A stretch of 32,204 bases of DNA from a virus (Duplodnaviria > Caudoviricetes), in the IMG/VR virus record IMGVR_UViG_3300042465_004912, positions 1 to 32,204 of that record; one strand, 5' to 3'. Within the stretch, counting starts at the first letter, position 1; every line of letters begins with the position of its first letter. The notes beneath the pieces are model-generated. The model was not told the origin of the DNA and ran no database searches. It saw nothing but the letters and a program-made list of their open reading frames with translations. A program made the position numbers and the translations under genes. Shown piece by piece: positions 25,435 to 32,204 of the stretch.

Positions 25435-25894
25435 TCATGCATGGGACAAGGCAGAGGAACTGACCGAGGGGATCGGTGGCTCGTCATGGATTGAGGACGT
25501 TACCGCTCACTTAGCCAGTGGCGGCATCCTGATTGCCTCAGAGGAGTTCGTCATGCTGTTCCGGTCAGTTGATACCAGTTGGCCCGAGGACCGGCTGGAC
25601 GATCCATGGCAGGTCGATCCGGCAGGAGATGCATGGTACGTTTGGATGATTGTCGGAAACCTGCGGCACGTCGTTGGTCTGGTTCGATCAGGCACTTGGC
25701 CGGAGAAACTGGCAGTTGCTTTCCACCGAAGGGGTAACCCAAAGTGGTATCAATTGGCCAACCTGATCAGCAAAATCGATGAAAAAACCCAACAACGACA
25801 AAGCCGTCAAGCAGCAGAAGCAGGCGAACCAGCAGTCGCAGAAGAACTTCAACACCCAGATGAAAATGATGCAGCAGCAGATGAAGCAGGCTGA
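25427..25894 (+). CDS. Hypothetical protein between TerL and portal (GTG start)
   Basis: Protein-like core (DAWYVWMIVGNL, VAFHRRG). The 3' end overlaps the next gene. Confidence 0.5.
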   Translation: MPSHAWDKAEELTEGIGGSSWIEDVTAHLASGGILIASEEFVMLFRSVDTSWPEDRLDDPWQVDPAGDAWYVWMIVGNLRHVVGLVRSGTWPEKLAVAFHRRGNPKWYQLANLISKIDEKTQQRQSRQAAEAGEPAVAEELQHPDENDAAADEAG

Positions 25895-26105
25895 AGCCGT
25901 CCAGTTGCCTACATACGAAGCGCCTGCTCCTAGTCCGACCCGGTCTAGTGCTGACGTTGCTGCCGCCGGACGGGAAATGCGGATGAGTCGTCGCCGGAAG
26001 TATGGGTTCAATCAGAGCGTGACTCCGAGCGGAGTGCAGGGCATGGCATCAGGCATGGTGGCAAACAACCCTACCGCCATGCTGGGTGGCGCAACTAGCT
26101 ACTAA
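25779..26105 (+). CDS. Small Gln/Met-rich virion protein preceding the portal
   Basis: Low-complexity product ending in LGG, TAATG-coupled to the portal, as in T7 gp7-region proteins. Confidence 0.6.
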   Translation: MKKPNNDKAVKQQKQANQQSQKNFNTQMKMMQQQMKQAEAVQLPTYEAPAPSPTRSSADVAAAGREMRMSRRRKYGFNQSVTPSGVQGMASGMVANNPTAMLGGATSY

Positions 26106-27739
26106 TGGACGCAAAAGCCGAGAAACTCTCCCTAGAGGCTGCACAGTTGCAGGCAGAAATGTCATGCTTCCAGAGCATCTGGCAGCAGTGCGCTGACCAT
26201 GCTTTGCCGCTCCGCAGGCTGGGCTTCACTCAGCAGGGCAGCAGTTTCACCGAGGACACTAGGCTACAGTCTGACGTTGCTGTCGATGCCCTCAACACGC
26301 TGGCAAGCGGCATGACCTCATGGGTCACCCCAAGCCAGCAAAACTGGTTCCAGTGGGAAGCCAACGAGTCAGTCAACGGCAGCGAGGCAGTGAACATGTG
26401 GCTTTCGGATTGCACCGCGAGAGCACACAAGGCACTAGCCAACAGCAACTTTTACCACGCTGTCCACCTCGGGTATCTGGACCTTGGTGCGTTTGGCACC
26501 GTTGGTCTGTCCGCCGAAGCCGGGAAGGATCGTCCGCTCAACTTCCGATGCTGGCACGCTGGCACATTTGCCTGTGCCGAGAACGACGAAGGAACCGTGG
26601 ATCGCGTCTTCCGCTTCTTCACTCTTACTGCCAACCAAGCGGTTGAGCAGTTTGGAGATCAGGCACCTGCCGTCTGCATCAAAGACGTCGAAGGCAACAA
26701 GCGGCACACAAAGCACCAGTTCATCCATGCCGTGTACCCTCGGGACCGCAAGGACCGCAACCCTGCCGGTGGGCCAATGGGCATGCCGATTGCGTCTTGT
26801 TACCTGCACCAGCACAGCAAGACCATCGTCAAGGAAGACGGCTTTGAGTCGATGCCGGTGATGGTTAGTCGCTGGCTCAAGTGGAGCGAGGAATCGCCCT
26901 ACGGAGTCTCCCCTGCAATGCTGTCAATTGCTGACATTCGCGGGAGCAACTACCTTGAAAGCCTGATGGCAGCAATGGCCAACCTGAAGGTCAATCCTCG
27001 GGTCATCACCAAGACCGGAGCCGTTGGCATGGTGGACCTTGGGCCGGGTGGAGTTACTCAGGTCAGCGACATGAGCGATGCGCCACAAGTCTGGGCCGAT
27101 CCTTCCGACTACCGGGTGGGACTTGACTTGGTCAACCGGGTGGACACTCGCATCAAGCGGGCCTTCCACATGCCGCTGTTTGAGCAGTTCGCGTCCTTGG
27201 AACGGCAAGTCACCGCCACCGAAGTCCGAGCACGGCAGGCAGAGCAGTTGGCACGCATTTCACCGGCATTCACTCTGCTGACCACGGACTTGATCAATCC
27301 ACTGCTGGAGCGTGTCTTCATGATCCTCTTCCAAGCGGGACGGTTCCCACAACCGCCGCAGGAAGCCTTCATTCAGGATGCCGCCGGTCAGTGGCGTTTG
27401 CTGTACCCTCAGACGATCCAGATCAGCCGGATGTCTCAAGCCATCGAAGCGCAGAAGGAGCAGGCGTTTGCCAGCACCATTGAGACGTTCTTCCCGTTGA
27501 TCCAAGCCCAGCCAGAACTATTGGACGACTGGGACTTGTCTGCTGCTCAGCGTGATATTGGACGCGGCAAAGGAGTGCCTTCCAAGTACTTCCGATCCCT
27601 TGAAGACAAGGCTATGATGCAGCAGGCACGGGCAGAAGCTCAGCAAATGGCACAGCAGCAGGAAGCTATTACCGAGGCAGCAGTCAAGAACCCTGAACTG
27701 GCAATGCAAGCCGCAGGAGCAATGGGAGGCGCAGCGTAG
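26105..27739 (+). CDS. Portal/head-tail connector (T7 gp8, BPP-1 Bbp21 type)
   Basis: 544 aa with LASGMTSWVTPSQQNWF, SNFY....YLDLGAFGT, RW....SPYGVSP, VTATEV..R..E, LINPLLERVF. Confidence 0.93.
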   Translation: MDAKAEKLSLEAAQLQAEMSCFQSIWQQCADHALPLRRLGFTQQGSSFTEDTRLQSDVAVDALNTLASGMTSWVTPSQQNWFQWEANESVNGSEAVNMWLSDCTARAHKALANSNFYHAVHLGYLDLGAFGTVGLSAEAGKDRPLNFRCWHAGTFACAENDEGTVDRVFRFFTLTANQAVEQFGDQAPAVCIKDVEGNKRHTKHQFIHAVYPRDRKDRNPAGGPMGMPIASCYLHQHSKTIVKEDGFESMPVMVSRWLKWSEESPYGVSPAMLSIADIRGSNYLESLMAAMANLKVNPRVITKTGAVGMVDLGPGGVTQVSDMSDAPQVWADPSDYRVGLDLVNRVDTRIKRAFHMPLFEQFASLERQVTATEVRARQAEQLARISPAFTLLTTDLINPLLERVFMILFQAGRFPQPPQEAFIQDAAGQWRLLYPQTIQISRMSQAIEAQKEQAFASTIETFFPLIQAQPELLDDWDLSAAQRDIGRGKGVPSKYFRSLEDKAMMQQARAEAQQMAQQQEAITEAAVKNPELAMQAAGAMGGAA

Positions 27740-28146
27740 TGGGCACCTTAACTCCACTTGAACAGGCACTGTTCCAGACGATCCCGTTGGACGAGTTCGC
27801 CGCTGCCTGCCGCAGTGCATTCTCCGGTCAGTCCGGCGTGATCCTGAAGAAGGCGCTGTGCTCCGTCGCGCATCCTTACTTTGCGCCAGTGGGCAAGGAT
27901 GCTCTGGAGACCTACCGCAAGATTGGCCGCGCCGATGTGGTCAACCTGCTCCTGCGCTACAGCGAAGCAGAAGCCACCGCATCAACCATCCTTAACCATG
28001 AACCAACCATCACGCCAGAAACGGCCATACAACAGGAAGCCGGTAAGCCCTCCCGCAAAGCAAGACTACGAACCAGCGGAAGTGGGGCAACGCACGAGGG
28101 CACCGATCCCTCCGTGCCCACCGATGACTTTATCGGAGGGGACTAA
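27739..28146 (+). CDS. Small head-associated protein (Bbp19-like)
   Basis: FSGQSG.ILKKAL...TYRKIGRADVV, in its usual position after the portal. Confidence 0.55.
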   Translation: MGTLTPLEQALFQTIPLDEFAAACRSAFSGQSGVILKKALCSVAHPYFAPVGKDALETYRKIGRADVVNLLLRYSEAEATASTILNHEPTITPETAIQQEAGKPSRKARLRTSGSGATHEGTDPSVPTDDFIGGD

Positions 28147-28195
28147 GACCCCTGCCGTCGTCGAGTGGAAGGCCAAGTACGGCCACTTAATCTAA
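27998..28195 (+). CDS. Small Pro-rich hypothetical protein
   Basis: AACCATG start, ending GTKTPAVVEWKAKY. Overlaps the low-complexity tail of the previous ORF. Confidence 0.45.
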   Translation: MNQPSRQKRPYNRKPVSPPAKQDYEPAEVGQRTRAPIPPCPPMTLSEGTKTPAVVEWKAKYGHLI

Positions 28196-28212
28196 CCAAA
28201 ACCAACACAACC

Positions 28213-29109
28213 ATGCCCGAAGAACTAGTACCCGTCGAACAGACAACCCCAGCCGCACCAGTTGCCGCCGCACCAGTGGATGCGCCATGGCAGCAATCCA
28301 TTTTCACGCCGGACGGTCAGTTCGTGCCGGAGTGGCAGACCAAGCTTCCTGCCGACTACGAAGAGGATCGCGCCCTGCTTGCCAACTTCAAAGACCTCAA
28401 GGGAATCACCAAGAGCCTCAAGGAGAACATGACCGCAGCCAGGGCGAAGCCGCCCGGTCTGACCATTCCTGCCGCTGATGCTGCGCCGGAAGTACAGGCG
28501 GCATACCAGAGTGAACTCAAGAAGCTCTACGGAGTGCCAGAAACCGTGGACGGCTACAAGTTCGACAAGCCTGCCGCGTTGCCTGACGGCGTGGAATGGA
28601 GCGACGACGCTGCCAAAGCCTTCGCCAACAAGGCGCACGAGCTTGGATTGACCCCTAAGCAGGCTCAAGCCTTGGTGCAGTATGACATGGACAGGCTGAC
28701 TGGTGCGACGGCGTCACAGCAAGCGGAGGCGGCTCAATTGGCCGAGTACGAGCGGGGCGAGATGGCAAAACGCTGGGGCGACAAGGTGGACACTCACCTG
28801 TCCCTTGCTGCCCGGTTGGCGACCACGATGAATCTACCCAACGCACGGGAACTATTTGATCCCAAGTCCCCACTCTTTGCTGGAGTAGACATGACTGCTG
28901 CCTTCGCCCAGCTTGCCGGTCAACTCGGTGAGTCGAAACTGGTCAGTGGTGCAGCCGTTGCCAACCTCGGGCCGGAACAACTCGCCAAATCAATCATGGG
29001 AGACAAGAGCAACCCAGAGTACGAAGCCTTCCGCAACGCTAGTCACCCCAACTCGGCAGCAGTCCGAGCCAAGGTCGCTGCACTGTGGAAGCAGGCATCA
29101 CCAACTTGA
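28213..29109 (+). CDS. Capsid scaffolding/assembly protein
   Basis: LYGVPETVDGY, FANKAHELGLTPKQAQAL, RWGDK, HPN..AV.AKV; lies between portal and capsid. Confidence 0.8.
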   Translation: MPEELVPVEQTTPAAPVAAAPVDAPWQQSIFTPDGQFVPEWQTKLPADYEEDRALLANFKDLKGITKSLKENMTAARAKPPGLTIPAADAAPEVQAAYQSELKKLYGVPETVDGYKFDKPAALPDGVEWSDDAAKAFANKAHELGLTPKQAQALVQYDMDRLTGATASQQAEAAQLAEYERGEMAKRWGDKVDTHLSLAARLATTMNLPNARELFDPKSPLFAGVDMTAAFAQLAGQLGESKLVSGAAVANLGPEQLAKSIMGDKSNPEYEAFRNASHPNSAAVRAKVAALWKQASPT

Positions 29110-29122
29110 CGTCAATCGAATC

Positions 29123-29160
29123 AGGGCCGCTCTGGAAAGTTCCGGGGCGGCTCTTTTTCT
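29123..29160 (+). terminator. Rho-independent terminator
   Basis: AGGGCCGCTCTGGA-AAGT-TCCGGGGCGGCTCT followed by TTTTCT. Confidence 0.8.
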
Positions 29161-29193
29161 GTCTTGCAATTGGAAATAAGGGTATCCCGTAGT
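29161..29193 (+). promoter_or_regulatory. Putative late-promoter motif GTCTTG-N14-GGTATCCCGTAGT
   Basis: Matches 6913-6945. Located directly after a terminator and upstream of the capsid gene. Confidence 0.55.
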
Positions 29194-29311
29194 GATGCAC
29201 GACTGAGTCCCGGACATCCGGCTTAACTCACCAAGTCGGCGCAGCAGATACGGCCCGAGATCGGCCTACCGGATGATGCAGCGAGATTGAAATTCTCACT
29301 CACATAACATC

Positions 29312-30259
29312 ATGTCCGATTATTCTGCTTCACTCACGATCCCCGATCACTTCCGCCGACAGTTCTCCACCCAATGGGAAATGGAACTGCAACAAGCCAA
29401 TCAGAAGTTTGCTTCTGCTGGCACTCTTGAATCCGCTTGGTCCTCCAAAGAATACGTTTGGACTGACCTCGACATCATCGAAGCCGCCGAGACCACTGGT
29501 CAACGCTTTGGCGACAGCAACCCGTCCGACGTTGGCGGTGGTAAGCGCAAAGGCTACCAGCGCCAGTTTGAAGTTGGCATCAAGCGCGACCAGTGGGACA
29601 ACCAGTGGCTCAACACCCAGGCCCTTCCTGATTCTGATATCATCATGAACATGAAGGCTGGGTTGAACCGCAAGATGGACTCCGTGTTCATTGAAGCCGC
29701 CACTGCCGCCAGCCTTGGTGGTGCCGATCCGTTCAACACCTCCATTGCCCTTCCTGCTACCTCTGAGATTGCAGTCAACTACGCTTTGACTGGTGCTGCC
29801 ACCAACATTGGTCTGACCCCGTACAAGATTCTGGAAGCCGTAAAACGCTTTGAGACCGCTGAAGTGGACGTCGAGCAGGAAGAGCTTTACCTCGCCATCA
29901 GCCCTCGCCAGAAGCTGGACCTCGTCACTTTCGTTGCTTCCGCACCAAACGACATCTGGGCCAAGATCGTTGGTCAGTGGCTCTCCGATAGCCAGACCGG
30001 CAAGCCGACCAAGCTGATGGGTTTCAACACCATCATCAGCAACCGTCTGTTCACCACTGGTAGCGCCAGCACCGACGTCCGCACCTGCGTTGCCTTCACC
30101 AAGTCCGCCTTCAAGGTCTCTCCGATCTCCCAGCGCCTTGAGATCGACAAGCTTCCCACCAAGCGCCATGCCCTCCAGATCATGAGCTACGCTGCTTTCG
30201 GCGCAGTTCGTGTGAAGGACGAAAAAGTGCAGGTCATCTACTGCGACGAGTCCCCTTAA
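29312..30259 (+). CDS. Major capsid protein
   Basis: 315 aa with QFSTQWEMELQQ..K, GLNRKMD, AISPRQ..DL, KLMGFN.I.SNRL, FGAVRVKDEKVQVI.C. Strong codon bias, follows the scaffold. Confidence 0.88.
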   Translation: MSDYSASLTIPDHFRRQFSTQWEMELQQANQKFASAGTLESAWSSKEYVWTDLDIIEAAETTGQRFGDSNPSDVGGGKRKGYQRQFEVGIKRDQWDNQWLNTQALPDSDIIMNMKAGLNRKMDSVFIEAATAASLGGADPFNTSIALPATSEIAVNYALTGAATNIGLTPYKILEAVKRFETAEVDVEQEELYLAISPRQKLDLVTFVASAPNDIWAKIVGQWLSDSQTGKPTKLMGFNTIISNRLFTTGSASTDVRTCVAFTKSAFKVSPISQRLEIDKLPTKRHALQIMSYAAFGAVRVKDEKVQVIYCDESP

Positions 30260-30301
30260 TCGCAAGCCATGAAACCCCTACCCCTTAACTAGAAAAACAT
30301 C

Positions 30302-30760
30302 ATGCCTTCTACCTTCTACTCTGATATTGAAACAAAGCGCCGCACACCATCCCTCTACACCGTTGTCGATCAAGCGGCAGTGGAGCAAGAAGTGCGCTAC
30401 GCCAAGTTCCGCGTAACCCTTACTGGCACTGAGGACGCTGACAGCAATATCGTCCTTACCAGCCAACTTCCCGCTGACAACATTGAAATCATCCCAGAAC
30501 TTTGCTTTAACCGCAAAGTGACTGGCACTTTTAGCATCACCCAAAAACTGCAAAAAGTAAACGCTGCCGGGACTGCTGCCGACTTGACCACTGCCGTGTC
30601 TTACACCGGAGCAGAAAAGGTCGCGTATGTGGCAAATGACGCCCTTATTCGTCCCGTCCTTGGCAAGACTGATGCCCTGCGTGTCTTCCTCACCGCTGTC
30701 GCCACGACCAACGCCGGAGCCTCGTTCGACGTTGAGATCGCTTACCGCAAGAAGCGCTAA
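30302..30760 (+). CDS. Probable capsid-associated/decoration protein
   Basis: Beta-rich 152-aa protein between the capsid gene and the terminator. Confidence 0.55.
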   Translation: MPSTFYSDIETKRRTPSLYTVVDQAAVEQEVRYAKFRVTLTGTEDADSNIVLTSQLPADNIEIIPELCFNRKVTGTFSITQKLQKVNAAGTAADLTTAVSYTGAEKVAYVANDALIRPVLGKTDALRVFLTAVATTNAGASFDVEIAYRKKR

Positions 30761-30776
30761 AATTGGTTCATTGGTT

Positions 30777-30813
30777 GGCCCCCGGCCTGGACTTGTGCCG
30801 GGCCGGGGGTTTT
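30777..30813 (+). terminator. Rho-independent terminator after the capsid genes
   Basis: GGCCCCCGGCCTGG...CCGGGCCGGGGGTT followed by TT. Confidence 0.75.
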
Positions 30814-30826
30814 GCTATTTACGCTC

Positions 30827-31459
30827 ATGACTGAAACGACACTCGCAAACCTTGCCCTCGGGCATATTGGAATGGCACGGATCGCAGACCTGTCCGAGAA
30901 CACCGTGACGGCAGAGCATGTGCGCCGGATGTTTGACGCGGTCAGGGACAACCTCATGCGGGCCTACCCTTGGAATTTCGCGGTGCGCCGGATGCAACTG
31001 ACGGCATCTGCGACCGCTCCGGCGTTTGAATACACCTACGCTTATCCGTTGCCCAGCGACTGTCTCAGGGTGCTGGAGATCAACGGATGTCCTCCCGGCG
31101 TGGGTAGCGTGCCGTTTGAAATTGAGGGCACCGAGGTGCTGACCAACCTGACCACATGCAAGCTGCGATATCTGCGGCGAGTGGAACAGGTCAGCCTGTG
31201 GGATGCCAACTTTTGTGAGTTCTTTGGCTACGAGCTTGCCAAGGCGATTGCTCCTTCCTTTACTCTCCAGACCTCTGCCATCCAGATGCTTGACGCACTG
31301 GCTGCACCGGCAAGGGCAAGGGCCGAGGAGACCAACGCCGCTGAGACCATGACAAGAGTCATCCCGTACCACGAACGCATGGACTCTTACACCTCTGCCA
31401 GATACGGTGCTGGGTTCCCCAATTACCCCGATCCCGTAAACACTGAAATCTACCCATAA
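30827..31459 (+). CDS. Tail tubular protein A/adaptor (T7 gp11-like)
   Basis: LANLALGHIG...I, YPWNFAVRR..L, YAYPLPSDCLRV, FEIEG. Confidence 0.85.
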   Translation: MTETTLANLALGHIGMARIADLSENTVTAEHVRRMFDAVRDNLMRAYPWNFAVRRMQLTASATAPAFEYTYAYPLPSDCLRVLEINGCPPGVGSVPFEIEGTEVLTNLTTCKLRYLRRVEQVSLWDANFCEFFGYELAKAIAPSFTLQTSAIQMLDALAAPARARAEETNAAETMTRVIPYHERMDSYTSARYGAGFPNYPDPVNTEIYP

Positions 31460-32204
31460 TGGCACGGATACTAACCAATGCATTCAACGCCGGGGAACTT
31501 ACGCCGGACCTGATGGGTCGCGTGGACCTTGAGTCGCTGAAGAAAGCCTGCCGGGTATGCCGGAACTTCCTTCCTCGGACGCTGGGCGGGGTGCGTCGTC
31601 GTCCGGGAATGCTGTATCTAGGGGAAGCCAAATACAACACGAAGCAGTGCCGGTTGCTGCCGTTCAACTTCAGCACCACATCCCGGTTCGTGTTGGAGCT
31701 TGGTGATGGATACCTGCGCTTCTGGAAGGACGGTGCCTTGGTGCTGTCTGGTGGAGTGCCGCTTGAGCTTGCCGCCCCATGGACCGAGGCGCAGCTATTT
31801 GGCATCCAGATGGTGCAGGTGAACAACCTGATCTTCTTCACGCACCCAAGTTTTCACCCACAAGAACTTCGCCGGATCAGCGACACCAGTTGGACGCTTG
31901 CCGACTTCGCATGGAATTGGCCAGCCATGCGTGACCTGAACGACACGACCGGCACGATGACCTGTTCCGTCACGACTGGCAGCGGCACTTTGACAAGCTC
32001 CGTTGCCCACTTCACCAACGAGAACATTGGGAGCTACTACCAGATCACCCACCGCAGGGCAGTGGCTACAGAACAGCTTCCGCTGACGGCAACGGCTACT
32101 ACAACGGCACTGCGGGTGCTGGGTGCGTGGGAGCTTTATACTTTTGGGAAATGGGCCGGAGAACTGTTCCTTGAGGTTCAAAAGGTGGACGGCACTTGGC
32201 AGAC
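31459..32204 (+). CDS. Tail tubular protein B/nozzle (T7 gp12-like), 3'-truncated by the window
   Basis: TAATG-coupled start; MARILTNAFNAGELTPDLMGRVDL..NF....GGVRRRPG..RLLPFNFS..LELGDGYLRF. Absent from the ORF track, presumably because it runs off the window end. Confidence 0.88.
   Translation, partial: MARILTNAFNAGELTPDLMGRVDLESLKKACRVCRNFLPRTLGGVRRRPGMLYLGEAKYNTKQCRLLPFNFSTTSRFVLELGDGYLRFWKDGALVLSGGVPLELAAPWTEAQLFGIQMVQVNNLIFFTHPSFHPQELRRISDTSWTLADFAWNWPAMRDLNDTTGTMTCSVTTGSGTLTSSVAHFTNENIGSYYQITHRRAVATEQLPLTATATTTALRVLGAWELYTFGKWAGELFLEVQKVDGTWQ

Noticed and set aside
29106-29115. Palindrome TTGACGTCAA at the scaffold stop
   Set aside because: A single 10-bp palindrome is expected by chance in 32 kb, and I saw no second copy.
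29330-30265. 311-aa minus-strand ORF spanning the capsid gene
   Set aside because: In-register antisense shadow of a strongly codon-biased gene, with no recognisable motifs.
1-32204. Stop-codon reassignment
   Set aside because: Genes tile densely under the standard code, and TAA, TGA and TAG all end recognisable genes.

Overview
Most of a tailed dsDNA phage genome (circularly permuted), with every credible gene on the + strand. Virion genes are podovirus-type: TerS/TerL, T7 gp8/BPP-1 Bbp21-like portal, scaffold, major capsid, tail tubular proteins A and B, a T7 gp17-like tail fibre/tailspike and a giant (>2297 aa) modular ejection or 'polyvalent' protein. Early genes are lambdoid: Bet, MazG-like, HNH-AP2, YqaJ exonuclease, SSB, a replication initiator with an internal ori-like segment, and a DnaC-like loader. 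There is a GH108 lysis cassette. I saw no integrase, CI repressor, DNA polymerase or RNA polymerase. The most striking signals are: (1) the giant virion protein is built from enzyme-like cassettes separated by a repeated YSISTR/TACAGCATCAGCACCCG junction, and two cassettes are followed immediately by a nested, protein-like acidic ORF in the +1 frame, suggesting an injected effector with a hidden nested antidote; (2) three covarying tRNA T-arm-like hairpins sit at fixed spacing between early genes; (3) a leader-peptide, terminator and pseudoknot-like switch precedes the replication initiator; (4) a shared GTCTTG-N14-GGTAWCCCGTAGT motif lies upstream of two late operons. All family assignments come from motif recognition by eye, not database searches.
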